A stretch of 64,000 bases of DNA. Origin: a bacterium (GTDB lineage: Bacteria > UBA8248). Below the pieces are notes generated by a model. The model did no database searches and was not told the origin of the DNA. It saw only the letters and a list, made by a program, of their open reading frames with translations. Below are positions 17,886-27,835 of the stretch, in pieces. The translations under genes were made by a program, and so were the position numbers. The stretch spans positions 2,752,001-2,816,000 of the forward strand of contig OZ241326.1 in NCBI GenBank assembly GCA_965199855.1, written 5' to 3'. Numbering within the stretch: the stretch's first letter is position 1; each line of letters begins with the position of its first letter.

Positions 17886-19862
17886 TCAGCCGCCGCGGAC
17901 TTCCCCGTCTCTCGCCTCCATGCCCAGCAACGCTCGCCATTTCGGGAGTTCGGGGTCGAGGTTCCAGTAGTCCCGCACGAAGGCCCTTTTCTCGTCCCAT
18001 CCTTTTCGGGGGCCGTTTTTCAGGTAGGCTTCCAGTTTTTCCCTCAATTCATCCGGCGTACTTACCGAGCGGCAATAGTCTTCATATCCCGCCAGCGCGT
18101 TCATGGTGAACGCGGAACTGAAAACGGGCGTGAAAACCTCGCACCCGAAAGCGAGAGCGTCTATCGACACGGCGCTCGTGGGGACGAGGGCGACATCGGC
18201 CTTTTCGAGACAGGCGTTGATATCTCCTTCCTTGACTTCCCAATGGCGTTCTTCCGGCTGAATATCGAGTTCTCTCAGCAAAGGACCCAGGGGCATTGCA
18301 GGATGGCCCTTCAGCCAAACCATCCATTCCCCCGCAAGCCCGGAAGCGCTCGAAAGAAAACCCAGCAGGGATTTCGTCTCTTCCCGGACAGAGGAGCCCG
18401 CAACCAGCAGGAGCAGCCTGTCTCCCTTCGGAGGCGGCAGGGCTTTCATTCTCTCGACCAGCGGCAACTGGCGAATCGCCTCCGCTTCGCAAAGGCCCGG
18501 ATATCCCCATTCAGAGAGGCGCGCGCGCGACGCCGCGCCATTGGCGGCGATTTTCACGGGGAGCGGCAGGCCGTCGGGCAGCCGGGATGATTCTATCTCC
18601 GATTTGTGATGAGCGAAAAACGGGTAATTGCGGGAAATGACCGTGTGGATGAAGCCGATGGACTCCAGGTCGGGCCTTTCGCATAGAATGGCCCGATTCA
18701 TCGCCTTCTCCCAAGCCTGCATCTCGCACGGATACACGCACTGCGAGGCGCCGCCCGAAGCGCGGAAAAACCTCCTGAACGCCTTGTATTGAATCAGTCC
18801 GCGCATCGCCTCTACGCCGCAAAACGAGCGTCGCCATAAACTCCGAACGAGGGGGCAGCACTCGACGGGAAACAAATCCCCGCACATTCGCGCCTCATCG
18901 AGGCTTCTCTCCAGCATGAAATATCTGCCCGCCTGCCGCAGCCATAGGTAAAGCGCGCCAACAGCCTCCCGAAAGCCGACGAATTCATCAAGGAAGGCGA
19001 GGCGCTCGCCGTTTTTCTGAAACTTTCTGGCGATTTTCAGGGCTTCCCAAAAGGCGGCGCCCTGGATGCGCGCGAACATCAAAAGCCAGAAAATGGGCTC
19101 TTCCCGCCCGGCGCGGATATTCTGAATCGGCTCGAAATACCTGTTGCGAAACGAGCCGCCCTCGCCCTCGTTCAGATACGGAAAATAACTGACGAACACG
19201 CGGGAGGCCGTGGAAGCCGCCTCGCGCCGGGAAAAGCCCATCACCGCCCTGGCGAGCAGCACCTTCCAGCACGCCTGCAACCAGCCCGCAAGCGCAAGCA
19301 ACAGCGCGCCCGGCAGGGCGGCCCTCATATTTTGCGGGTCGAACGTCCCGGGCTTTTTCACAAGGCGGAACGAGACGCCGGAAGCGTCCGCCATGCGCTC
19401 GATGGTCTCTCGAAGATTTCTGCTTTTCACGGCCACGGCCGCGCTTTCGTATTTCCCGGTTCGCAATTCCCTTTGAACCGCAAGCGCCTGGGCAAGCCGG
19501 AGGAACGTGTCCGTTTTCAGGGGGTTTTTTTCTGAAATCGGCCCCAGCCAGAAGCCGCTTATCCCGTTCTCGCTCGTCCTGAAAAAGCGCCGGACGGAAA
19601 CGCCGCGGACGCGCGAGTCTCCCCGCTCGGCGGACCACTTCGGAAGTTCGCGGCAAAGAGTTTCAACTTCCCGCTCGACGAGCCGGGCCGAATCCAGCGC
19701 GGCGACCGGCGCCGGGCCGCGCTTCGAGAGCGCTCGTTCAATGCGTCGTATCAGCGTCCAGTTTCCGGTTAGCGGAAAAAGAGAAATCGAATCGCGTCCG
19801 CCCGGAATCCCGTCCCGCGCTTCTTCATACGGGAAACTCCCGTCAAAAATGAACAGCAACAT
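17886..19862 (-). CDS. large surface-carbohydrate biosynthesis protein (resembles TIGR04326/LIC13510-type), GT-B-like C-terminus
   Basis: EKNPLK, YPCEMQAWEKA, GFIHT, LKGHP, TSAVSIDAL; family recalled, not searched. Confidence 0.55.
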   Translation of the reverse strand: MLLFIFDGSFPYEEARDGIPGGRDSISLFPLTGNWTLIRRIERALSKRGPAPVAALDSARLVEREVETLCRELPKWSAERGDSRVRGVSVRRFFRTSENGISGFWLGPISEKNPLKTDTFLRLAQALAVQRELRTGKYESAAVAVKSRNLRETIERMADASGVSFRLVKKPGTFDPQNMRAALPGALLLALAGWLQACWKVLLARAVMGFSRREAASTASRVFVSYFPYLNEGEGGSFRNRYFEPIQNIRAGREEPIFWLLMFARIQGAAFWEALKIARKFQKNGERLAFLDEFVGFREAVGALYLWLRQAGRYFMLERSLDEARMCGDLFPVECCPLVRSLWRRSFCGVEAMRGLIQYKAFRRFFRASGGASQCVYPCEMQAWEKAMNRAILCERPDLESIGFIHTVISRNYPFFAHHKSEIESSRLPDGLPLPVKIAANGAASRARLSEWGYPGLCEAEAIRQLPLVERMKALPPPKGDRLLLLVAGSSVREETKSLLGFLSSASGLAGEWMVWLKGHPAMPLGPLLRELDIQPEERHWEVKEGDINACLEKADVALVPTSAVSIDALAFGCEVFTPVFSSAFTMNALAGYEDYCRSVSTPDELREKLEAYLKNGPRKGWDEKRAFVRDYWNLDPELPKWRALLGMEARDGEVRGG

Positions 19863-19865
19863 GCC

Positions 19866-19963
19866 TGAACCGCCGTCTTCGGATGGCGCTCACCCCTCAA
19901 GCCGAAGCGAGAGGTCCGGAATCAGCCGGGCGAACGAAGGAATTTTCCCGTGACGGCGGTTCA
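19866..19963. repeat. 12-bp perfect inverted repeat enclosing 74 bp
   Basis: TGAACCGCCGTC (19866-19877) and GACGGCGGTTCA (19952-19963). Confidence 0.7.
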
Positions 19964-20036
19964 AAACGAACGGAACGGTCGGATTCCGGGCTCATTCTCA
20001 TCCGCCGACGGGAGGGCGCCCGGGAAGATGGGCGAG

Positions 20037-20951
20037 TCAAGAAAGGCTTCTGACTTTCTCGAGTGAATCCGGCTGCATGTCGTCATAAATTTCCCGCAGG
20101 CACTCCAGCAACCCGCCCCCCATGTCCATATATTCGTTGGCGACGAGCTTCCGGCCGATTTTCGGCTCGAAAGTATAGGGCGTCGTGCGATAGTGCCCTG
20201 ACTGGCCATTCCGATCGAACTCCAGCTCGACGTCTCCCCCTACGATTTCCCGTATTATTTCCAGAAATTCCCTGGTGCGGATGGGGTATGGGCCGGTGAT
20301 TATCAGGTGCCGGTTGGCGTGCTCCTCATCGAGAACGCTGACGCAAAGGCGGGCCGCGTCCTTCACGTTGACGTATTCACGGACCTCATCACCGGCCACG
20401 GAGCACTGAATGCGCTTTTCGGAGAGCGCCTGGCGGAGATAGCGGTGGACGCTGTTTCTCTCGTCCGCCCGGGTGCCGAACAGCGTCCCGAAGCGAAGAA
20501 TCGTATAATCCAGGCCATACTGGCTCCGGTATTCCTCTATGTAGAGCTCCGCCGCCTGTTTGCTGCACCGGTAGAAGCCGCCCCGGTTGCTGTAGACGTA
20601 TATGGAACTGGCGTGGATATAGCGCGCGACGCCCGCCTCCAGGGACGCATCCAGGATATTCACGGTTCCCAGAACGTTCTGGGCGACGGTCTGGGCGGCC
20701 TTCGTTTTCGCATCCTCAAGATCCGCGATCCCGGCGAGATTATAGACGGCGTCGCGGCCCCTCAGCGCCTCGCGCACCTGACCGAAGTCGAGAATATCGC
20801 CGATGCGCATCTCCTGACCCGGCCGCAGATACGGGGAGCGCTTCAGGTCGAACAGAAGAACCTCATGTCCCTCATCCGCCAGCGCGTCGGCCAGATGGCT
20901 GCCGACGAAGCCCGAGCCGCCGAAAACGACGACTTTCAACTTCTCGTCCAC
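20037..20951 (-). CDS. NAD-dependent epimerase/dehydratase (extended SDR)
   Basis: GGSGFVG, ASS, YRCSK (YxxxK). Confidence 0.9.
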   Translation of the reverse strand: MDEKLKVVVFGGSGFVGSHLADALADEGHEVLLFDLKRSPYLRPGQEMRIGDILDFGQVREALRGRDAVYNLAGIADLEDAKTKAAQTVAQNVLGTVNILDASLEAGVARYIHASSIYVYSNRGGFYRCSKQAAELYIEEYRSQYGLDYTILRFGTLFGTRADERNSVHRYLRQALSEKRIQCSVAGDEVREYVNVKDAARLCVSVLDEEHANRHLIITGPYPIRTREFLEIIREIVGGDVELEFDRNGQSGHYRTTPYTFEPKIGRKLVANEYMDMGGGLLECLREIYDDMQPDSLEKVRSLS

Positions 20952-20954
20952 GAG

Positions 20955-21698
20955 TCAGTCTCCGCCCGCCACGGATACGATTTGCCCCGTTATGTAATCC
21001 GCGCTCTTCGAGAGGAAATAAACGGCCAGCGACGCGATTTCATCCGGCCGCGCCATTCTCTTCATTGGAACCATGGCGATTCTTTTCTTCATATCCTTGC
21101 CGGGCGTATATTTCTGATGCGCGTCCGTATCCGTAACCCCCGGCCGCACGGCGTTGACGCAAATGCCCTTCTCCGCGCCCCGGCGGGCGAAGCCCAGGGT
21201 CAGCGCGTCCACCGTCGCCTTGGAGACGCCATAGTGAAAAGTCGTCTCCCCGCCAACGTATTTCGCGGAAATGGAGCCGATGTTGAGTATTTTCCCCCCT
21301 TCTTCCGCCATCTTCCGAAACGCCCATTGCGACAGCAAAAAGGGGGTCTCCACGTTGACCGCGAATACGCGCCGCCAAAGCTGCAGGTCTATCTCCTCCA
21401 GCCTGGCTTCCTCGATGACCGCGCCGGCGTTGTTGACGAGCGCGTCCAGCCGCCCCCACTCCGCATCGTAGGCGTCCATGAGGGATTTCACCTGCTCCGG
21501 ATATTCAAAATCGGACCGGTGAACCCTCAAGCGGCCCCCGGGAGCGTATTCCTCCGCCAGTTTCTCCAGCCCGGGGCTGCTCGTCCTGTAATGGGCGAAA
21601 ACGCTGTCTCCATTGTCGAGCAGAAGGCGCAGGATAGCCAGCCCGATGCCCGAACTCGCGCCCGTCAGCAGCACGTTCATGGGAATTTGACGCCTCAC
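20955..21698 (-). CDS. classical SDR oxidoreductase
   Basis: TGASSGIG, NNAG, YGVSK, VNAVRPG. Confidence 0.92.
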   Translation of the reverse strand: MRRQIPMNVLLTGASSGIGLAILRLLLDNGDSVFAHYRTSSPGLEKLAEEYAPGGRLRVHRSDFEYPEQVKSLMDAYDAEWGRLDALVNNAGAVIEEARLEEIDLQLWRRVFAVNVETPFLLSQWAFRKMAEEGGKILNIGSISAKYVGGETTFHYGVSKATVDALTLGFARRGAEKGICVNAVRPGVTDTDAHQKYTPGKDMKKRIAMVPMKRMARPDEIASLAVYFLSKSADYITGQIVSVAGGD

Positions 21699-22519
21699 GC
21701 TTTCTCATCGAATGGAGAAGACCTGCGCCCCTCCTCGTCGAACCCATGCTCCATCAGCCAGTGCTTCACGAGCGGCATCTGCCATTCATGGTCAACGTCC
21801 AGGCCTCCCCATTGCCGCAAAGGGTAAATTCTCCGTCCCATCCATTTGAACGGCAGCAGGCCGCCCTCGATGTCCTCAAAGCACCGGGGGCGAACGACGG
21901 CCAGCCCCCCGTCGGCAAACCACGAATCACCATGTGAGTCGCGGTCGCAACTCAGGGTCGCCGGGTCGCCGAACGACTCGAACGGCACGAAGGGGCACAA
22001 AAGGCCATTCTCGCCAATCTTCCGCGCCCGAAGCGGACTCCACATATTATAGCAGGAAACGGTAATGGCGGAGTCGTAAGACGGGTTTTCCCGCAATACC
22101 CGAATTCCCTCCTCAATCGCCTCGGGCAGGACAGTCGGAGCGTTGCAGTAAAGAAGCGCGAAGAACTCCACGTCCACGCCCAGCTTCTTCCGCTCATCCG
22201 TTATGACCCGATGCCCGTGCACGTAGGCGTCTTCGCTGAGAGCCTCTTTGGTCGTCAGTTCCGGAGGCCGGACAATCACCCGGGCGCCCATGCCGCGGGC
22301 GAGCACCATCAATTCCTCATCGTCCGTAGAGAGATAGACCTCATCCACGCTCGGCGCGTCCAGGGCCGCCTTCAGGGAATAATAGGAAAGCGGCCTCCCG
22401 AGAACCGGACGGGTATTCTTGCCGGGAAAGCCCGTGCTTCCCTTTCTCCCCAGCGACAAGGCGGCTATGCAACTTCGCTTCTCATTCATTTTCTCAAGCC
22501 CCATCGCGCCGCGCTCCAT
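21695..22519 (-). CDS. acylneuraminate cytidylyltransferase family protein
   Basis: GRKGSTGFPGKN, LSTDD, RPPEL, LDVD. Confidence 0.85.
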   Translation of the reverse strand: MERGAMGLEKMNEKRSCIAALSLGRKGSTGFPGKNTRPVLGRPLSYYSLKAALDAPSVDEVYLSTDDEELMVLARGMGARVIVRPPELTTKEALSEDAYVHGHRVITDERKKLGVDVEFFALLYCNAPTVLPEAIEEGIRVLRENPSYDSAITVSCYNMWSPLRARKIGENGLLCPFVPFESFGDPATLSCDRDSHGDSWFADGGLAVVRPRCFEDIEGGLLPFKWMGRRIYPLRQWGGLDVDHEWQMPLVKHWLMEHGFDEEGRRSSPFDEKA

Positions 22520-22537
22520 CGCGGCTTTCGGATCGCC

Positions 22538-24298
22538 TTACGACTGCAGTTCCACGAGTTTTCGATATTGGCCTTCGTCCCGAACGAGCTCGGCATGGCT
22601 TCCTTCCTGAATGATTCGCCCGTTTTCGAGAACCAGAATCTTGTCCGCGTTTTTTATCGTGGAAAGGCGATGGGCGACGACCAGGATGGTCGCCCGCCCA
22701 GCGAGACTCTGGATGGCGGCCTGGATGAGACGTTCGAACTCGCTGTCGAGCGAACTTGTCGCCTCATCCAGAACCAGGATTTCAGGAGAGCGGACAAGCA
22801 CCCTCGCGAGCGCCAGACGCTGTCTCTGGCCGCCGGACAGATTGAACCCCCGATTCCCGATGATCGTCCGGTAGCCCTCGGGCAGCTCCTCGATGAATTC
22901 GTGGGCATACGCCGTTTCCGCGGCTCTTCGCACCTCCCTTTCATCCGCCTCCTGGTTTCCATAGCGAATGTTGCTGAGCACCGTGTCGTTGAAAAGATAA
23001 GGGTCCTGCTCCACCACCCCGATTCGGCTGCGCCATTCATTCACGGAAACGTCCCGCAAGTCAACGTCATCGACGTAAATGACGCCCCGCGTCGGATCGT
23101 GAAGGCGAAGAAACAAATCGATGAAAGTGGTTTTTCCGCTTCCCGAGGAGCCCACGATCGCCGTCGTCCCGCCCTTTTCAATCGACGCGCTTATCCCGCT
23201 CAGCGCGCTGTCCCGGGAGCCTGGATAGGTGAACGATACGTCTTCAAAGCGCACGCCCTTTTCCACGGCGCCGATGGAAGCGCGGCCTTCGGGCAGATAT
23301 TCCCCGCTTTCGCTTTTCGAGAACTCCCGAATCCTCGCCAGATGGGGGGAGAGCTCGTTGGCGACGACCCAATAGTGGTTGAGCGCTTTCAGCTTGGGCA
23401 GAACGTGCAGGCAGATGACCAGAAACACGGCGAGAATCGCAAAGGGGATATCCAGAAACGAGACGGCGAAAACCAGACAGGCTACCATGAAGAGAAAAAG
23501 CAGGGGCTCGGAAAACAGGAAGGTGATAATCCTGTTGTCCATAATCTGCAGAGAGACCCGGCGATAATCGTTCGTGACGCTTCTGTAGCATTCTGCGTGC
23601 CGCACGGTATTTTCAAACGCTTTTACCGTCTTGATCCCGGAGAAGACGTCATGAAGGTAGGAGCTGATGTCCTCCACGCCCTGCGATTCCTCTTTGCCTT
23701 TCAAATACCCCTTCCGAAAGCGGGGAAACAGAAAAATATAGGCGACCGACAGCAGGCCCGCCACGAAAACGGTGAGCCTGAAGGAGATCGCCAGATTTAT
23801 GGCCAGATACAGGGCGCAGAATAAAACGCTGTTGACGATGTGCGTCCCGCATTCAAAAACCACGCCCGCGTTTTGCGAGGAAGTGAGCTGGACGGCGACC
23901 AAATCGCCGACTTTTCTCTTGTAGAAAAACGAAAGCGGAAGGCGCATCAGGTTTTTGAAGGCCTCTCCTCTCAGGTCATACGTGATCCTCGAGCTCAGAA
24001 CCCGCGCGAAGTGCGTGGACGCCGCAACCAGGGCGTATTTTACGAGCATGGCGATTGTGAACAGCGTGATGAGGCTCGTGAACGAATACTCCAGGCCGAC
24101 GAAGCCGACTCCCCATTTGGCGTAGTCCGCAAAGATATGATTCGTATCCACGTCCAGCAGCGTCTGAAAAATGGGGACCAGCGTCCCCAGGCCGATGCTC
24201 TCGAACATCGTCGCCAAAACGAGAATGGAAAAATACAGGAGCAGCAGCCCCTTGTAGTTCCGGGCGATGGAGAGAATATCTTTCCTGCTCTTGAACAT
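22538..24298 (-). CDS. ABC transporter permease/ATPase, MsbA/PglK/Wzk-like glycolipid flippase
   Basis: TM domain plus GSSGSGKT, LSGGQRQR, LDEATS, AHRLST; glycan-cluster context. Confidence 0.85.
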   Translation of the reverse strand: MFKSRKDILSIARNYKGLLLLYFSILVLATMFESIGLGTLVPIFQTLLDVDTNHIFADYAKWGVGFVGLEYSFTSLITLFTIAMLVKYALVAASTHFARVLSSRITYDLRGEAFKNLMRLPLSFFYKRKVGDLVAVQLTSSQNAGVVFECGTHIVNSVLFCALYLAINLAISFRLTVFVAGLLSVAYIFLFPRFRKGYLKGKEESQGVEDISSYLHDVFSGIKTVKAFENTVRHAECYRSVTNDYRRVSLQIMDNRIITFLFSEPLLFLFMVACLVFAVSFLDIPFAILAVFLVICLHVLPKLKALNHYWVVANELSPHLARIREFSKSESGEYLPEGRASIGAVEKGVRFEDVSFTYPGSRDSALSGISASIEKGGTTAIVGSSGSGKTTFIDLFLRLHDPTRGVIYVDDVDLRDVSVNEWRSRIGVVEQDPYLFNDTVLSNIRYGNQEADEREVRRAAETAYAHEFIEELPEGYRTIIGNRGFNLSGGQRQRLALARVLVRSPEILVLDEATSSLDSEFERLIQAAIQSLAGRATILVVAHRLSTIKNADKILVLENGRIIQEGSHAELVRDEGQYRKLVELQS

Positions 24299-24340
24299 TG
24301 GAGAAGGAATCCATGGAGGCCGGCGGAATGGAACGGGCGA

Positions 24341-26335
24341 TTACGTTCGTTCCCGAAAGGCGTTCGTTTCCCGTCTCAATACCCGCGCCAAGCGTTCGGC
24401 GTTTCTGCCATCATGCTGGTAGTCGGAATCCATGCGCAGACGCTCCCAGTCGCAATCGAATCCCTCGAACCCGGACTCCAGCCCCCGCAGGGCGCCAAGC
24501 AGGTCCCCGGCGCTCTCGAGAACGAAGTCAGCGCCATATTCCCCGTAACTGCAGCACTCCATTCCCAGAAACGAAAAGGTAAATACCCGCGCGCCCGCAA
24601 TGGAAGCCTCGTTGATCCCCCAGGAGGAATTCGCCGCAATCACAAGGGCGCTGGCCGTCACCAGCTGATGCGTCGTAAACGTCTCATGGTCTATGAGGAA
24701 TCGGGCGTCCATATCGGGAAGGTCGAAAAATCGACGGGCGTATTCGACCCTTCCGACATCGGCCAGATTCCTGAAGCGAATGAATACATGACAATCCATC
24801 CGATGACGCCGAAAATCCATCAGCGCCTCGAACATCCTATCCCACTGCTCAAGCTTGCACAAACTGCTGACGCCCGGAAGCAGAATCGTGACAACCCACT
24901 TCCGCTTTCCGTATAGACGATGAATGTCCGAAGCGATTTTTTCCGATCTTTCCATTTCCTCGATCAGCCGGTCCACCGTGTGCCGGCCGGTTTTTTCCAG
25001 CTTCAAATCGCTCCAGGACGGGGCGAATGTCCTCGTATAGATTGCGCAAAGGGTCATCATCCTATCAAGGTGAACAAAGCTGTTTTCCGGTTGATGAGAA
25101 ATTGTCGACGCATGGACGATGCCGATTCGCTTCCTCCCGTTTCGACCCGTGGCGATGGTTTCCAGAATATGCCCTTCATTATACTCATTCCGCACCAACT
25201 CGACGTTATATTTCACGTTCTCCATTTCATATTGCTTCAGGATGTAGCGGTAAAGCGCCTTCGCCGTCGCCTGCGACATCGTGGCTGAAAGCCAGCTGGA
25301 ACCCGGCGGGAGAAGGAGGTTTCTCGCGATGCGCCACGAGCAGACGAAGGTGAACTTCAGAAGAGCCAGATTTACGCCATACTTTCTTTTATCCGCGTAA
25401 TGGTAGCCCCTTTCCTTCATTTCATCTTCAAACTCTTTTCTTTTCTCCGGCGGAAGTTTCCAATCGCCGAAGACGTGAACGATTTCCCCGGGCCGAAATC
25501 CCCTGCGATACAAGCCGAAGTCCTGGGATTCCAGCTCGCGGGACATTCCATCGCGCTGGAATCCCCGGCCATGCGCGCGAGAATCGCCATGGCGCGCCCG
25601 AAGAGCGTCCATATCCGCCTTGTCGGGTTCGAACACGCCATAGACAACCGGGAGGGCCAGCGCATAGCTCCCGCGCCGCGAAGAAATCCAGCCGCCCCTG
25701 ATATGCCGCAGGAAAAGCATGAAGGGGAGCGACAAAGACACCAGACGCCAGCCGCAGACTCGGAGCGCGTTCGAGAGCCGCACAAGCAGGCCCGAATGGT
25801 TCAAGCCGCCGCCGTCTCCCGCGTTTCGCAGCAAAGGGTGAATCTCTCCGAAGCATTCCATGCTTCCATCCGATACGGCCGCCACGCTGACGCTTTCATT
25901 CTTCAGCTTCTCGTAAAATTTTATGAAGGCGTATCTATAGGGAATTTTCCGCGCCAGCCACCTCTGGTAGAACTTGACGATGCTCTCGCTTTGAACGACG
26001 CCATCCAGCAGTCGATACGCTTCCGTCCTCCGGATGTCGTCTCTTTTCTCGCTGATCAGCTTCACCGCGTCCCGACTCACGCCAAAAAGATATTCCGCTA
26101 TATCCCCTATCCGAATCGCCCGCGTCTGCGCGCCGGGGTTGATCCAGCTCGCCAGCCTCATGATGTTTTTCTGCCTTGCGGAATCCCAATGACCGCGCTC
26201 CTGGGCAAAGGTATCCCGAAAAAAAAGGACAGTTCCGGCGCTTCTGATTTTCCTCGCGTTGAAAATGACCTTCGAGAAGGAATAACTCTCGAACAAAAGC
26301 ACGTCTATTTCGGACATCTCCGCAGCGGCCTCCAT
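24341..26335 (-). CDS. hypothetical 664-aa protein, probable glycan transferase/modifier
   Basis: Long ORF on the operon strand; C-terminal SALVIAANSSWGINEA resembles a GT-B donor-binding region. Confidence 0.6.
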   Translation of the reverse strand: MEAAAEMSEIDVLLFESYSFSKVIFNARKIRSAGTVLFFRDTFAQERGHWDSARQKNIMRLASWINPGAQTRAIRIGDIAEYLFGVSRDAVKLISEKRDDIRRTEAYRLLDGVVQSESIVKFYQRWLARKIPYRYAFIKFYEKLKNESVSVAAVSDGSMECFGEIHPLLRNAGDGGGLNHSGLLVRLSNALRVCGWRLVSLSLPFMLFLRHIRGGWISSRRGSYALALPVVYGVFEPDKADMDALRARHGDSRAHGRGFQRDGMSRELESQDFGLYRRGFRPGEIVHVFGDWKLPPEKRKEFEDEMKERGYHYADKRKYGVNLALLKFTFVCSWRIARNLLLPPGSSWLSATMSQATAKALYRYILKQYEMENVKYNVELVRNEYNEGHILETIATGRNGRKRIGIVHASTISHQPENSFVHLDRMMTLCAIYTRTFAPSWSDLKLEKTGRHTVDRLIEEMERSEKIASDIHRLYGKRKWVVTILLPGVSSLCKLEQWDRMFEALMDFRRHRMDCHVFIRFRNLADVGRVEYARRFFDLPDMDARFLIDHETFTTHQLVTASALVIAANSSWGINEASIAGARVFTFSFLGMECCSYGEYGADFVLESAGDLLGALRGLESGFEGFDCDWERLRMDSDYQHDGRNAERLARVLRRETNAFRERT

Positions 26336-26414
26336 TCACGCGAAAACGCTTGCGCTTCCAACGCCGGAAAGCGGCTCGTCGGAGGCTCTTCCGGCCCTGA
26401 AGCGCGGGAAGGCC

Positions 26415-27806
26415 TCATCGCGCCCTCTCCCGTTCCGCCGCTATCTTCTCCGCCAGCCAGAGCTCATACTCGGAGTTGATCTTGACGCTCTCCTCCGGAA
26501 GCATCGTGATATGCCCTATCTTCTCTCCCAGAAATTTTCCGGCCAGTATCGAATCCGCCCGGCTCAGATAAATCGCCCCGTTTTCCCTGAACATCGCCTT
26601 CCTCTCCAGACGCAGCGTTCTGTCGAGGGTGCCATTCAGGAGAACAAGTCCGTTCTTCCCGTGGTGATAGAAAAGAGAAATGTCCTCGGTTATCGATATG
26701 ACGGAATCAACGCCGAAAATCGTCATCGTGTCTACGGCTTTATCAATATGCCCGCTTTTCCGAAAAGGCGTGTTGACGTAGCAGGTGCAAACGGCGTCGG
26801 GAGAATAGCCCTGCTTCTCCTCCATTGTCCTCAAGGCATGGACCGCGGCGTCCGAAGCCCTGGAAATTCGATTCGTCAACCCCTTGGGTCGGCGAACGCA
26901 GTCCACTCCCTCGAATCGCTTCGCGTAATCCAGGACCTCCTCGTCTCCTGAGGATACGACGACCCTATCGACAGACTCCGCTTCCTGGATCTGCTCCAGC
27001 GTCCGTTCCAGCAGGGTTTTTCCCATGAATTCCGCAAGAGGATTCCCCGGCGCGAATTCGGCGTCCACGACAACGGGAACGAACGCCAGAACTGCGGGCT
27101 TTCGGGAAAGCTTCATCTCCGCCACCACCCGCCGCTTGATTCGGCGGCGCGCTTCCAGCAGAAGCTCCCGGGACTTCGACAGACCGCCGCCGTGCTGGCG
27201 ATAATAGAAAAGGGGCACGTTCACGTTGCAAGGGCGATGACTCTGGATGAACTTCAACCACATTCCATAGCCGTCCTGGCGATTGAACTCCTCGAAGTAG
27301 CCGCCTATGCCCAGCAGGATTTCCTTGCGAATCATGCAGCAGGCGCCGTGGGCCGGCATATCCAGCAAATCGACTTCTTCATCTATCTTCTGGCGGCGAA
27401 CGATCCTGATGATCTCCCCGTTCTCGTCAATCTCGTAATAATCAGGAAAAACGAGTCCCGCCTCCGGCTTCTTGTCGAGCGCGTTGGAAAGAACCAGCAG
27501 GATGTTCTCGTCCAGGAAATCATCCGCGTCCAGACGCATCAGATATTCGCCCCTGGCGATGCGCATGGCGATGTTGTTCGTGACGTTCAACCCCTTGTTC
27601 TCTTGCTGAAAAACCCGGATCCGGGGATGCGCCCTGTATTTTTCAAGGAGCGCAGGCGTGTCGTCGGTCGATCCGTCATCGATGACGATCAGCTCCCAGT
27701 CGTCCATGGTCTGGTTCAGCACGCTGCGAACGGCGGCGTCGAGAAAGCGGGCGTAGTTGTAGGCGGGAATGTACACCGTAACCTTAGGCATGTCGCTCCA
27801 TCCCAT
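26415..27806 (-). CDS. GT2 glycosyltransferase fused to a cytidylyltransferase-like domain
   Basis: IPAYN, IDDGSTD, LDADD; C-terminal NTPFR, ENGAIY, SVKINSEYEL. Confidence 0.85.
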   Translation of the reverse strand: MGWSDMPKVTVYIPAYNYARFLDAAVRSVLNQTMDDWELIVIDDGSTDDTPALLEKYRAHPRIRVFQQENKGLNVTNNIAMRIARGEYLMRLDADDFLDENILLVLSNALDKKPEAGLVFPDYYEIDENGEIIRIVRRQKIDEEVDLLDMPAHGACCMIRKEILLGIGGYFEEFNRQDGYGMWLKFIQSHRPCNVNVPLFYYRQHGGGLSKSRELLLEARRRIKRRVVAEMKLSRKPAVLAFVPVVVDAEFAPGNPLAEFMGKTLLERTLEQIQEAESVDRVVVSSGDEEVLDYAKRFEGVDCVRRPKGLTNRISRASDAAVHALRTMEEKQGYSPDAVCTCYVNTPFRKSGHIDKAVDTMTIFGVDSVISITEDISLFYHHGKNGLVLLNGTLDRTLRLERKAMFRENGAIYLSRADSILAGKFLGEKIGHITMLPEESVKINSEYELWLAEKIAAERERAR

Positions 27807-27835
27807 GCGCGATGAATTTCGGGTCCGCGACTGCC

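Noticed and set aside
26219-26226. T8 tract in the 664-aa glycan gene
   Set aside because: Too short to call phase variation; frame intact.
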